Below, piece after piece: positions 1-10,482 of a DNA stretch of 45,571 nucleotides. The stretch covers positions 1 to 45,571 of the forward strand of contig JBDRWW010000010.1 of the NCBI GenBank assembly GCA_039802605.1, given 5' to 3'. Numbering within the stretch: the first letter of the stretch is position 1; every line of letters begins with the position of its first letter. The notes under the pieces are model-generated. The model did no database searches and had not been told where the DNA came from. It was given only the letters and a program-made list of their open reading frames with translations. The translations under genes and the position numbers were made by a program. The DNA comes from a candidate division WOR-3 bacterium. Lineage in GTDB: Bacteria; Hydrothermota; Hydrothermia; LBFQ01.

Positions 1-441
1 AAGATGGTAGAGGACCTGGTGGATACCATGTTTGCATACGACGGCTTAGGGCTTTCCGCACCTCAGATAGGGATAACTAAAAGGGTTTTCGTTGTGAATA
101 AAGGGGAATTTACGGGAAACGAAGGGGAATTTCAGGTAATTATAAACCCCGAGATAGTTTATTATGAGGGGGAGGAGGTTAGGGAAGAGGGTTGTCTGTC
201 CTTTCCCGACCTTTACTACGAAATAAAAAGGCCATATATGTGCATTTTAAAGGGTTATGAGTTAAAGGATGGTAAAATCGTACCCGTGGAAATAGCCGCA
301 ACAGGATTATATGCAAGGGTTTTAATGCATGAAACCGATCATCTAAACGGGATATTGTTCATAGATTACATTGATCCCAAGGAAAGGGTTAAGGTCCTCA
401 GGGAATGGAAACGGGAAATGAAGTTAAAATCATCCACATAA
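1..441 (+). CDS. def: Peptide deformylase (5' end probably outside the window)
   Basis: Motifs GLSAPQIG, EGCLS and HETDH. Confidence 0.95.
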   Translation, partial: KMVEDLVDTMFAYDGLGLSAPQIGITKRVFVVNKGEFTGNEGEFQVIINPEIVYYEGEEVREEGCLSFPDLYYEIKRPYMCILKGYELKDGKIVPVEIAATGLYARVLMHETDHLNGILFIDYIDPKERVKVLREWKREMKLKSST

Positions 442-1118
442 AAGAAACCGATTCCACAAACGAAGAAGTCTTCCGTTTAAAGGATAAATACAAAATACCC
501 TTTTTTGTTGTAGCGGATATTCAAACATCGGGTAGGGGTAGGTACGGGCGAGTATGGGAATCACCCGAGGGTGGTTTGTGGATGACCGGGCTTTTTAAAA
601 AGAGAAATAACAAAGATGGATTTAAGTTTATGTTCGGTTCGGCGGTTGTAGTATATAAGGAATTAAAGACCTTGGGCGTAAACGCAAGGATAAAATTCCC
701 AAACGATATATATGTTGGTGATAAAAAAATTTGCGGGATTTTGGTTGAGGAGAGGGAAGGATTTTTGGCGGTTGGTATCGGTTTAAATGTAAATCAAAAT
801 AGGCCTCCGGTTGAGGGTTCCACAAGCATATACATTATTACGGGTGTTTTGCACGATAAAATCGCTCTGGCTTATAATATCGGGAAAGGACTTATGGAAG
901 TTGATCGGAAAAACTTCTCGGATGTCTTCAAAGAATACCGTAATCTCCTTGATACCCTAGGCAAGTATGTAAGGGTATATACCCCATCGGATATGTATGA
1001 GGGTATATTTGAAGATTTAACGGAAAACTTGGAGGTGATATTGAGGGGTGAATTTATAAACATTATCCCCGCTGGGGAAGTTTTTCATTTGGAGGAAAAT
1101 TATGAAAGAGGATACTAA
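405..1118 (+). CDS. birA: Biotin-protein ligase, no N-terminal HTH
   Basis: TDSTN, QTSGRGRYGRVW, KFPNDI, KKICGILVE, GIGLNV. Confidence 0.93.
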   Translation: METGNEVKIIHIKETDSTNEEVFRLKDKYKIPFFVVADIQTSGRGRYGRVWESPEGGLWMTGLFKKRNNKDGFKFMFGSAVVVYKELKTLGVNARIKFPNDIYVGDKKICGILVEEREGFLAVGIGLNVNQNRPPVEGSTSIYIITGVLHDKIALAYNIGKGLMEVDRKNFSDVFKEYRNLLDTLGKYVRVYTPSDMYEGIFEDLTENLEVILRGEFINIIPAGEVFHLEENYERGY

Positions 1119-2295
1119 AATTGTTAGGGGCTTGGATGAGGAGTCTTTTCATGAGATGGATGCATATCTAAACAAATCCTTAAACTCCCATAGACTTCCT
1201 ATATACCAAACTTCAACTTATCTGTTTAACTCCCTTGAAGAGGCTTATTGCGCTTTTACGGGTACAGAACACCACCACATATATGCACGGGTTAGCAACC
1301 CAAACGCCCTATATGTGGGGGCTAAGGTGGCCATACTTGAAGGTGCGGAGACGGGAATAGCCCTGAATTCGGGTATGTCCGCAACACTTACGGCCCTTAT
1401 GACTATATTACGACCGGGGGATACGGTTATAGTATCAAAACCCGTATACGGGGGAACCGCCGAATTAATGGAATTCTTAATGGAGTTTGGTATAAAGGTG
1501 ATCTTTTCGGGTGCCGAAAGGATATACGAAGATTTGGAAAAACTGGATTACAAGGTTTGCTTTATAGAAACCCCGGCAAATCCAACACTGGACGTGTTTG
1601 ACATTGAACTCATATCAAGGCTCTGCAAGGAAAAGGATGCCATTCTAATGGTTGATAACACCTTTGCAACCCCCTATCATCAAAAACCTATACTCTTGGG
1701 GGCGGATGTTGTGATCCACAGCACTACAAAGTACCTTTCCGGACACGGTGATACCATAGGAGGCGTAATCGTCGGTTCGGAGGAATTCATAAAGAAGGTT
1801 TTATACACGATGAAACTTTTCGGTACGATTATGCAACCATTTAACGCTTGGCTAACGGCAAGGGGTATAAGGACCTTGGCTGTTAGGATGAGAAAGCATT
1901 CCGAAAACGCATTAAAGATAGCCCAATATCTGGAAAGCAGGGAAGAAGTTTTAGAGGTATATTATCCCGGATTGCCTTCCTTTAAGTATTATGAAATAGC
2001 CAAAAAACAGATGCAAAACGGATTTTCCGGAATGGTTAGTTTTGTCCTTGACGGAACCAAAGAACACTTACAACATTTTATAAAAAACCTAAGTATGTTC
2101 CATTTTGCCGTATCCCTTGGAGATACGGACAGTTTGGTCACCGCCCCCGCCTTAACCACCCACGCCTTAGCACCAATTACGGATTTTCCGGAAAATCTTG
2201 TAAGAATGTCCATAGGCATAGAGGATGCCGATGATTTAATCCAGGATATAGAGAATGCTTTGAGAAAAACCTTCCACGGTGAAAGGGTAAAGTAA
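1102..2295 (+). CDS. Cys/Met metabolism PLP-dependent enzyme (cystathionine gamma-synthase/lyase or methionine gamma-lyase family)
   Basis: PIYQTSTY, ETPANP, VDNTF, HSTTKYLSGHGD (PLP lysine), SLGD. It has YGGT rather than the YGCT typical of MGL, so no gene symbol is given. Confidence 0.9.
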   Translation: MKEDTKIVRGLDEESFHEMDAYLNKSLNSHRLPIYQTSTYLFNSLEEAYCAFTGTEHHHIYARVSNPNALYVGAKVAILEGAETGIALNSGMSATLTALMTILRPGDTVIVSKPVYGGTAELMEFLMEFGIKVIFSGAERIYEDLEKLDYKVCFIETPANPTLDVFDIELISRLCKEKDAILMVDNTFATPYHQKPILLGADVVIHSTTKYLSGHGDTIGGVIVGSEEFIKKVLYTMKLFGTIMQPFNAWLTARGIRTLAVRMRKHSENALKIAQYLESREEVLEVYYPGLPSFKYYEIAKKQMQNGFSGMVSFVLDGTKEHLQHFIKNLSMFHFAVSLGDTDSLVTAPALTTHALAPITDFPENLVRMSIGIEDADDLIQDIENALRKTFHGERVK

Positions 2296-2312
2296 AGGGG
2301 AAAATCCGCCCA

Positions 2313-2318
2313 TATAAT
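2313..2318 (+). promoter_or_regulatory. -10 box for the leaderless-type MTase transcript
   Basis: TATAAT 6 nt upstream of TTG 2325. Confidence 0.55.
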
Positions 2319-2324
2319 ATTAAC

Positions 2325-3440
2325 TTGCTTTTTGGAAGTGGTGAAAATCGCCTTGTAATAATTAACAGAGATAAGTTTGTGGAAGTTTTGGATAAACTTT
2401 TGAAAGTGGAAGATATTCGGGAATTAAGGGTTAAAATAAGGGATTTAAAATCAAGCCTTACATCCACGGCTAAAGACAAAATTGGCATTTTAAATATTTC
2501 TAAAAACGGTGATACCGTTGAAATGAAATACGATTACATAATGGATGAACTAACGCAAATTGAAAAATCCCTAACATTGGAAAGGGCAAAATATTACATA
2601 AAGAGGTTAAAAAAATCACTTACGGAAATTAAGACTGGAAAGATAAACGATATAAACCTTAACAGGTGGAAAGAATACAACGAGATAATTACGGATAGCC
2701 TGTGGATATTTGAAAAAAGGGATACTTCCGGGGCACACCTTGGATGGTATTGGGGTAATTTCATTCCCCAAATCCCGAGACAACTAATGTTAAGATTTAC
2801 AAAAAAGGGGGATTGGGTTTTAGACCCATTTGTTGGAAGCGGAACAACATTGATAGAATGCCGTAGATTGGGGAGAAACGGTATAGGGATTGAGATAAAT
2901 CCCGAAGTTGCAGAGAAGGCGAAAAGTTTGATTGAAAAGGAGCCGAATAGGTTTAATGTTATAACCGAGGTTGTTGTTGGAGATAGCGGACAAATTGATA
3001 TTGGAAAAGTGTTAAAACGGTGGAACATAAGCAAGGTTCAACTTATTATTATGCATCCCCCTTATCATGACATTATAAAGTTTAGCAATGATCCAAGGGA
3101 TTTATCAAACGCGCCGAGTGTGGAAAAGTTTTTAGAAATGTTCGGCAAAGTATTGGATAATGTTTCACAGTTTTTAGAAAGTGGGAGATACTTGGGAATT
3201 GTTATCGGGGATAAATATTCAAAAAGAGAATGGATACCCTTAGGGTTTTATGTTATGAATGAGGTATTGAAAAGAAAAGAATTTACGCTAAAAAGCATAA
3301 TTATTAAGAACTTTGAGGATACAAGGGCAAAAAGGAATCAAAAGGAGTTATGGAGATATAGGGCATTAGCAGGAGGTTTTTATGTGTTTAAACACGAGTA
3401 TATTTTGTTGTTTTGTAAAAAGGAGAAGAAAAAATGCTAA
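2325..3440 (+). CDS. Amino (N4-C/N6-A) DNA methyltransferase, alpha motif order, with about 110-aa N-terminal helical extension
   Basis: Motif I VLDPFVGSGTT precedes motif IV HPPY; WGNFIPQIP. Confidence 0.9.
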   Translation: MLFGSGENRLVIINRDKFVEVLDKLLKVEDIRELRVKIRDLKSSLTSTAKDKIGILNISKNGDTVEMKYDYIMDELTQIEKSLTLERAKYYIKRLKKSLTEIKTGKINDINLNRWKEYNEIITDSLWIFEKRDTSGAHLGWYWGNFIPQIPRQLMLRFTKKGDWVLDPFVGSGTTLIECRRLGRNGIGIEINPEVAEKAKSLIEKEPNRFNVITEVVVGDSGQIDIGKVLKRWNISKVQLIIMHPPYHDIIKFSNDPRDLSNAPSVEKFLEMFGKVLDNVSQFLESGRYLGIVIGDKYSKREWIPLGFYVMNEVLKRKEFTLKSIIIKNFEDTRAKRNQKELWRYRALAGGFYVFKHEYILLFCKKEKKKC

Positions 3441-4486
3441 GGGGACATGTTTTTATTGTGGATGAAAACACATTACCAATACACTTGGAACATCGGTTCG
3501 TTGGTACGAGTTCTAATGAAAGGGATAAGAATATAAGCCTTTTGGCTGATATGCTTAGAGTGAAAAAAGGTGATTTTGTGTTTTTCTATATTGAAGGTAG
3601 TATAACCAAGAAAGGCAGATTTTTCGGGATATTTAGAGCCGTAGATAACGAAGTTTATCACCTAACGGGAAACGATGCACGACAACCTGGTTTGCCAAAA
3701 AAGTTGATTTACAGAAAGAAAATAGAACCTTATGAAGTATATCCGAAGGGTGTTTTAGAGTGGATTGCTTTGGACAAACTACCGACCTATGCAAAAGAAA
3801 TTCTTTGGACTTTAATTTATAGAAAAATGAGAGGGAAACGCGGAAATACAATGTTGTTCCCTTGGGAAGTTGATAAATTGATTTCTTTGATAAGAGATGA
3901 AAACAATGGCCTATGTCTATTAGGGCAAAACTTTACATTTGATAGGAGCAAGTATAAAATAACCTCTGGAACTCAAACCTATAATCATAATATTGGAAAA
4001 CCCATTCAAATTTCATTAAAGGATATTAACTCTGAAACCGCCTTTCAAGCGTATATATTACAAAATCTGAGTATAGGAAATAATAAATTCTTGCCTGAAA
4101 TTTTCGGCAATAATATCGTATGGATAGGTAATGAAGTTTTTGCCGGTTCTGGTATGCAAAAGATAGACATTCTCACAATAGAAAAAACAGACGAAACAAA
4201 ATATTTTTTTAGAATAGTAGAGTTAAAATATCCGAAATCCGGCACAGGGGTAAATTTTGCCCCTATGCAACTTGAATATTACATAAATTGGGCAAGAGAA
4301 GATATAGGCGGGCATCTTATTGGAGCAAAAAAGTTTAATATAAAACCTATACTCTTCTGCCTTACCCATAGATTCAACTCCATACCGAGCGAAGTTATTA
4401 AACAAATTCAAACCTTGAGTAACATCTCAAATTCTCCGGAAATATGGGAAATGGATTATGATGGGAAAATCAATAAGGTTTTATAA
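3434..4486 (+). CDS. Putative endonuclease: N-terminal EVE/DCD-like (PUA) domain plus C-terminal NucS/Mrr-like PD-(D/E)xK domain
   Basis: N-terminal VKKGDFVFFY...FFGIFRA; C-terminal SETAFQAYI, NEVF, KIDIL, IVELK, QLEYY; overlaps the MTase stop. Confidence 0.7.
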   Translation: MLRGHVFIVDENTLPIHLEHRFVGTSSNERDKNISLLADMLRVKKGDFVFFYIEGSITKKGRFFGIFRAVDNEVYHLTGNDARQPGLPKKLIYRKKIEPYEVYPKGVLEWIALDKLPTYAKEILWTLIYRKMRGKRGNTMLFPWEVDKLISLIRDENNGLCLLGQNFTFDRSKYKITSGTQTYNHNIGKPIQISLKDINSETAFQAYILQNLSIGNNKFLPEIFGNNIVWIGNEVFAGSGMQKIDILTIEKTDETKYFFRIVELKYPKSGTGVNFAPMQLEYYINWAREDIGGHLIGAKKFNIKPILFCLTHRFNSIPSEVIKQIQTLSNISNSPEIWEMDYDGKINKVL

Positions 4487-4540
4487 GAATACACCTGCTT
4501 TTAAGCATAATCAAAGTAGATAAAGGGTATTACTATTTAC

Positions 4541-4569
4541 TTGACATCCAAACCGAGTTTAGGCATAAT
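4541..4569 (+). promoter_or_regulatory. Sigma70 promoter of the 5S rRNA gene
   Basis: TTGACA (4541-4546), 17-nt spacer, CATAAT (4564-4569). Confidence 0.8.
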
Positions 4570-4574
4570 TGAAT

Positions 4575-4694
4575 GCTCGGACCACCATACCGGGGGGGAA
4601 ACACCCGGTCCCATTCCGAACCCGGAAGTTAAGCCCCCCAGGGCCGATGATAGCCTCGCCGCGATGCGAGGCGAAAGTAGGTCGTGGTCCGGGT
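4575..4694 (+). rRNA. rrf: 5S rRNA, stand-alone
   Basis: Conserved core ACACCCGGTCCCATTCCGAACCCGGAAGTTAAGC, GCCGATG and GAAAGTAGGTCG; helix I pairs gctcggacca with tggtccgggt; T-run follows. Confidence 0.97.
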
Positions 4695-4732
4695 TCTTTT
4701 TTTTATTTATACCTCAACTTTAAAATTCCAGT

Positions 4733-6151
4733 ATGCCCGTTATAATAACTTTTCTCGTTTGGGAAAGGCGCATAGACGGTGGCGATAACGACATGTGCTA
4801 TAAGGTAATGGTTGATAACGGACAACCGGTTATATCCGGAAACTACGGAAACAATGTTTATGTGGCACAACTAAATCCCGCGGATGGTTCATTTTTATGG
4901 CAGTATATCTTTGCATTTCCCGGCACGGGTAGGAGTAATGTGAAGGATTTGGGAATAGATCCAATTGATGGGTATATCGTGGGTGCGGGGACATCGTATC
5001 CTTATAGCGGTGATAATACCGCATGCGGATATGTTGTTAAACTGAACTCCGGTATTAAGGTTTGGGATTACATTGATAGCATTGGAGGTTGTTCAAGAAG
5101 ACCGGGGTTTTCGGGTTTAACCGTAGATGAATATACAAGCTCCTATTATGCATACGGTACGGATTATGAGAATTACAGTTCAAGTTGGTTTGGTTCAACC
5201 CGCAGGTTTACGGTTAAGATTAACAGATCCACAGGGCAAAGGCTCTGGATTTATGAACCCGGAGGTTATACCTATACCGATGGTTATACGAATCCCGATA
5301 CAACATTGATATTTGTGGGTTTTGGTGCAAGGGGAGAGGTTCAAAAAATTTCAACGGGTGGAAGTCAGATTTGGAGTTATACCGATCCCTCAAATAGCCG
5401 TTATTACGGTGTTTATACGGGTTCAAACAAACATCCCATTGTTATAGGTTATTCAAGTGATGGAAGGCCTAACGAAGATTTTGTGGTTATACAATTCCAG
5501 AGGGAAACGGGGGGTATAAGGTGGAGGTATTTTAAAAATGGCGGGGGTAATTCAACGGATGCCGCAATGGATGTCTTGGTTGATGGAAACAACAGCATTT
5601 ATGCGGTGGGATATTTGGATAACGGGGTATCAAGACTCGATGGTTATGTTGTAAAACTTGACAGTATGGGCAATATGATTTGGCAATATACATATAACGG
5701 CCCCGCAAATTCTGACGATTACTTTGATGGCATAACCCTTATGTCCGATGGGAATATATTGGTTTATGGGTATTCAACGGGGATGGGTTCGGGTTTGGAT
5801 TTCTTCCTCGTTAAACTCAATTCAATAACCGGCGATACGATATGGACTTACAGGTATAACTCCCCCTACTCCGATAACGATGCGGTTATGTCCGTTGATA
5901 CATACGGTGGGGATGTCTATGCGTGTGGTTATTCTTATTCTACGCCTACGAACAGGGATATACTTGTTATAAAACTATCCGACCCAACATCCGTAGAGGT
6001 TTCAAAGGAAAAAACCAAGACCTGCAAAGGTGATATAAGAATTTATGATATTTTGGGTAGATATGTCGGTAATTCTACAAAAAATTTGCGAAGGGGTGTG
6101 TATTTTATTAGGTGTGAAAACGGGTTAGTATCAACTATACGATTACATTAA
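4733..6151 (+). CDS. Beta-propeller repeat protein with T9SS-like C-terminal tail
   Basis: Repeated D-G-N-I-Y-x-x-G-Y / D-x-x-V-V-K-L / W-x-Y units; tail IRIYDILGRYV...RGVYFI. Confidence 0.7.
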   Translation: MPVIITFLVWERRIDGGDNDMCYKVMVDNGQPVISGNYGNNVYVAQLNPADGSFLWQYIFAFPGTGRSNVKDLGIDPIDGYIVGAGTSYPYSGDNTACGYVVKLNSGIKVWDYIDSIGGCSRRPGFSGLTVDEYTSSYYAYGTDYENYSSSWFGSTRRFTVKINRSTGQRLWIYEPGGYTYTDGYTNPDTTLIFVGFGARGEVQKISTGGSQIWSYTDPSNSRYYGVYTGSNKHPIVIGYSSDGRPNEDFVVIQFQRETGGIRWRYFKNGGGNSTDAAMDVLVDGNNSIYAVGYLDNGVSRLDGYVVKLDSMGNMIWQYTYNGPANSDDYFDGITLMSDGNILVYGYSTGMGSGLDFFLVKLNSITGDTIWTYRYNSPYSDNDAVMSVDTYGGDVYACGYSYSTPTNRDILVIKLSDPTSVEVSKEKTKTCKGDIRIYDILGRYVGNSTKNLRRGVYFIRCENGLVSTIRLH

Positions 6152-7039
6152 ACTGCAAAATTGCAAGGTAAAGTATTATGGAAATTGCATTTAGAAGGCT
6201 TCCAAGTTTCATATCCGCAAAAAATCTGACAATTAGAGATAGGTGTAAAAGTGCAAAAGGTATGTACAACATCGGGCTATAGGAGGATTTCTTACCCATT
6301 ATTGAGGGGAATATCATGGGTGCATGGGCAAAGATCATTCCGAAAACAAAACCCAGGGTTATTGAATGTATCTTTAAATCGTAGGAAAGGCCAAACATCC
6401 ACCCCAAACCCCCAATCAACAGCCATATATATCCGGCCAATAGGTTTATGGCAACAAACCTTACAAGACCCCTGCCCTTGATGTTATAACCATAGTGCCG
6501 TAAGTAAGAATGAAATACCCTTTAAAACATCATAAGGGATTACCGATGTTAAACACATAAAAAGGACGACTACAAAAAATGTAAAATTTCTTCCCCCTCT
6601 TTTAACAAACATTACAGAAAGTTCCCACCTCTCCGCTCCTATGGTTAAAATCAAAAAAGATAACCAAAAACTCAATACGAAGTTTATACTAAAACCTAAG
6701 ACATACAAAATCCCCCCTATTCCCAGTAATATAGCTCCTAAGGCCATAATAAACCATTGAAACCTAAAACCGTAAAGTTTGATTAGGTAAAAAAACGCAA
6801 AGGCCAATATGAAGGATGCTAAGACCCCAATTAGTAATAAATCCCTTTGGAAAAGGGATAGTATAGAACCTAAGGAGAACAAAACGGGTGATAAGTATAT
6901 CCACCCCTTTCTTATGGCCACAGCCCTTTCAAGGGCTATTAATGTCCCCAAAAACCCGAATATCATAACAACCGAATGGTTAAAGGATTAAGAATACACC
7001 GATTGGCACTAAGGGTTGGGTTTTGCGAGCCAATATCAT
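6135..7039 (-). pseudogene. Fragmented NnrS-like membrane protein gene
   Basis: HSVVMIFGFLGTLIALERAVA, LTIGAER and HSITLGFVFGMIFAHAP are split across ORFs 6484-6966 and 6135-6440; in-frame stop just upstream of HSVVM; frame change near 6480. Confidence 0.65.
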
Positions 7040-10000
7040 TGTATTCTACGGTTGATGAGTTTGTGATATGGGTCAAAGACTACCTTATCGGGTTTAAAGT
7101 CTAAATTAATCCTCAATTTCCCGTTAGTGTCCTTTATCCTAACCCGCTTAACCCCCTTTAAATCCTTTCCTTTATAAAAACCAACTTCAACCACATCATC
7201 CGGTTTAATCTCCCTTTCGTTTCCCTTTTCATCGTATTCAAACTTTTTGAAACTATAAGATACAATAACAACACCGTTTTCATACTTGAAGTTTTCAACA
7301 TTAAAATCGTAAACGATTATCCTTTCATACCATCCCTTTATTTGGTATAACGCATTTAAAAAGTCCAAAGGTGTGGGATATGGTAGGGATTTATATCCGT
7401 AATTTTTTATAAATTCCTTTAAAACGCTATCAAACCTTGAAAAACCAATATAGTCCGCCGTTGAATAGTTTATAAGGCCACCTTTGTTGTAATGCACATA
7501 CATCTGCCCTTCGCTTAAATACAAAGGTGTCTCCTTATATGTTTCGCTTTTCCTACCCTTTAAGTATCTGTCTATTTCGTGTTTTAAAAACTTACCCACA
7601 TTTCCCTCACCGTATATTTCTTCCATAACCCTAATGCCCGTATATTCCGCAAATGATTCTACTAAGAAATGCACACCTTTGGTGTATGCGGGTGAGAGTA
7701 TATGACCCCACCATTGATGACCCACCTCATGGCCCGTTACGAAAGACACATAATCTATATCCCCCTTTCTAACATCCGCCAAAAACCCAATGCCTTCCGA
7801 AAAGGGTATTATAGTTGCTAAGGATTGTGCAAATGAACTTACCCGTGGAAATTCAACTATACGCAGGTTTCCGTGGGGATAGGGATATAGTGTTTGTAGG
7901 TAATCCAAGGCGGTTTTCATGGCTTTGAACATTTTGTCTATGTTATAAGGGTGTATGTAATATATGGTTAATTTAATGCCCTTATATGTTGTGCTATCAA
8001 CCTTGTATTTCCCACTTACAAAAGCGTAATAGTGGAGTATGGGTTTTTGGGATTTGTATTTAAAGCAATTCCTGTTGCTTTCCCTCCAAGTTTTAACCAA
8101 ATCGCCCGGCGATAATGCCACCTGATCCGGAGATGTGCATAAAATTGCCTCAAAATTAACCCAATCCGCATCCCTTACGAACGAATAGTATTTATAAAAT
8201 TCATCGTCGGGATTTGGAAACCTTTCCCTTTCGGGCAATTCGTATTTTTTCCTAAGGGTTCTGTTTGTCAATTCCATACTCCTATCATATCCAAAGGTTG
8301 GATAATCCCCGTTTGTAAATGTTCCGTTATAGAAAACCCTACATCTCGTATCGTGCCCATCAATTATACCATTTGGCTCACAAGAGATTTTAAATTCCAC
8401 ATAAAAACTATCGCTGGGGTTTAAGGGTTTTTCAAATGTGTATATATCCACACCTAAAACGGTATCATGAACAATCCTTTTAACGGGAATACTGAACTTC
8501 ATAAACTCCAACCTCTTATAGCTACTATTCGGAACATTTACGAAAAGGGTTTCAATTGGAATATCAAACTTGTTTTTCAACTTAAACTTCCCGTATGTGT
8601 AAATAGACCTCTTGTACGGATATATATCCACTTTAAAGAAAACTTCGGTTATTTTTGGTATGTGCATCCTCTCGTATTTTGAATATTTTCTTTCATATTC
8701 AACGCTCAAAAGCCTTTCCTCCTCTCTGCTCTTGAACTCGTTCAATACATAATGGTTGTAATATAGATAGGAGAACAAACCGATGAAGATAATCCCAGAT
8801 GAAAGCAGGATAAATGCATAAATGCGGCTGAAATTCATCTTTATGGCTTTTATCAAAGGAATACCTATTTTTAACCTTTGCGATAGCAAACCCAAGGTTA
8901 TAAATATAACCGTAAGGGAAGACCAATAGGCCTTATAGAGTAGTAGGGGTTTTAAAAAGTGCCCGTATCCGTAAAAATCACTGTAAGTAATACGGGGAAC
9001 AAAGGGATAATGGAAGATACCCATTTGAAAGACTTTTGTTTCAAGGTTTGAAAGGAATAAAACCGCCAAAAAGTATGCCATAAAAACCATATGCGCCAAA
9101 AACTTATAGTTTATAAGCGAATGTATGAAAAACGCTAAAGCGGAGAACATAAAGGCATATGTCCAAACTTCAAGGAAAAGCCTCTTAAAATACACACCTA
9201 ACTCAAAGTTATAATACCCCTTATAAATCTGAAAACCAACACCAACCGCAATGTATATTAACATAAGAAAGGCAAAGAACAGAATAACCGCTAGAAACCT
9301 ACCGATGAAAAGGTGTAAGGCCATGGGTGATGAATAAACCAATTCAAAGGTTTTATTCTCTGCATCCCTATGGATAATCTCTCCAACAAGAAAAGTTGAT
9401 AAAATTGCTATAAAAAGTAAAGCATTACCAAAAGTGAAATCCGTTAAAATGTAGGTTGCTGGCAAAACCGGGGTATCAAAAATCATATTCATACCTGTAA
9501 AACTTATTACCAAGGTTATTATGGAAAATAGGACAATGGCCAAAACAACATACGATTTATAAAATATTGAGATTTCAAACCTTAATGTGTGTAGCATAAA
9601 CGAAAATACGGAAAATATTGGTTTAAATGTGGGCTTTTCTATTCTAACAACCTCACCTTTTACCTTTTCCTTTTTTGATTTTACAATACCTACCTTAAAT
9701 GAAAACCTATAATAAGCCCATAGAATTACCATAAACCCTACAAAAGACCATATTAAGCGGTTTAAAACTATTTCCCTTGTCCAAGGGATTTGCAAAGTGT
9801 TTAACTGTGAAGTTGTCCAGTATTCCGTTGAATCAATTAAAGGGGCTATTCCCAATGGGTCAAGGATTATTGCCAAAAGCTCCCATTTTAGGGTTGCGGA
9901 TAGGGTTCCGGAAATGATGTAAAACACTATAAAGGCAACACCTCCAAGATACCCGATAATTGCGGAGCGGGTTAATGATGTAAGGGAATAGAAAACGGTA

Positions 10001-10482
10001 GCCATAAAGAAAGTGTCTATAATTCCAAACTGTAATAGGGGATTAATGTAAGACCATAGGTTTATTGGGCCTATTTTTTCCTTGGGAACCCAAGGGGCAA
10101 GGTTTCCCAGAAACATACCCAGAAGAACCATAATGAAAATTACAAAAAGTATTAGCGTGCTACCTATAAACCTTCCCCAGAAATAGGAACTCTTTTTTAT
10201 AGGTGATGTGAAAAACAGTTCATAAACATTATCTCGGAAATCCCTATAAGCGGAATTGGAATTTAAATATGCGGAGATAAAAGCGCCGAAAAATAGGGTT
10301 ATAACATATGCATAAGATATCATATATGGGGAGTTCTTAAAAATAGGGGTTTCCGTACTTCCAAGTTTTATGAAATCTGATGTTATTAGTAAGAAACCGA
10401 AGAGAATTAGAATAAAAGAGTTGAAATAAAACGCCCTAGTCCTAAGCCAAAACCTGATTTCAAATAGTATGATATCCAACAT
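7036..10482 (-). CDS. ABC-2 type permease fused to an M1-family aminopeptidase domain
   Basis: About 12-13 hydrophobic segments in the N-terminal half; HEVGHQWW...ESFAEY zinc motif; YNKG. Confidence 0.88.
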   Translation of the reverse strand: MLDIILFEIRFWLRTRAFYFNSFILILFGFLLITSDFIKLGSTETPIFKNSPYMISYAYVITLFFGAFISAYLNSNSAYRDFRDNVYELFFTSPIKKSSYFWGRFIGSTLILFVIFIMVLLGMFLGNLAPWVPKEKIGPINLWSYINPLLQFGIIDTFFMATVFYSLTSLTRSAIIGYLGGVAFIVFYIISGTLSATLKWELLAIILDPLGIAPLIDSTEYWTTSQLNTLQIPWTREIVLNRLIWSFVGFMVILWAYYRFSFKVGIVKSKKEKVKGEVVRIEKPTFKPIFSVFSFMLHTLRFEISIFYKSYVVLAIVLFSIITLVISFTGMNMIFDTPVLPATYILTDFTFGNALLFIAILSTFLVGEIIHRDAENKTFELVYSSPMALHLFIGRFLAVILFFAFLMLIYIAVGVGFQIYKGYYNFELGVYFKRLFLEVWTYAFMFSALAFFIHSLINYKFLAHMVFMAYFLAVLFLSNLETKVFQMGIFHYPFVPRITYSDFYGYGHFLKPLLLYKAYWSSLTVIFITLGLLSQRLKIGIPLIKAIKMNFSRIYAFILLSSGIIFIGLFSYLYYNHYVLNEFKSREEERLLSVEYERKYSKYERMHIPKITEVFFKVDIYPYKRSIYTYGKFKLKNKFDIPIETLFVNVPNSSYKRLEFMKFSIPVKRIVHDTVLGVDIYTFEKPLNPSDSFYVEFKISCEPNGIIDGHDTRCRVFYNGTFTNGDYPTFGYDRSMELTNRTLRKKYELPERERFPNPDDEFYKYYSFVRDADWVNFEAILCTSPDQVALSPGDLVKTWRESNRNCFKYKSQKPILHYYAFVSGKYKVDSTTYKGIKLTIYYIHPYNIDKMFKAMKTALDYLQTLYPYPHGNLRIVEFPRVSSFAQSLATIIPFSEGIGFLADVRKGDIDYVSFVTGHEVGHQWWGHILSPAYTKGVHFLVESFAEYTGIRVMEEIYGEGNVGKFLKHEIDRYLKGRKSETYKETPLYLSEGQMYVHYNKGGLINYSTADYIGFSRFDSVLKEFIKNYGYKSLPYPTPLDFLNALYQIKGWYERIIVYDFNVENFKYENGVVIVSYSFKKFEYDEKGNEREIKPDDVVEVGFYKGKDLKGVKRVRIKDTNGKLRINLDFKPDKVVFDPYHKLINRRIQ

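Noticed and set aside
4541..4723. 60-aa ORF
   Set aside because: It overlies the 5S rRNA and its promoter
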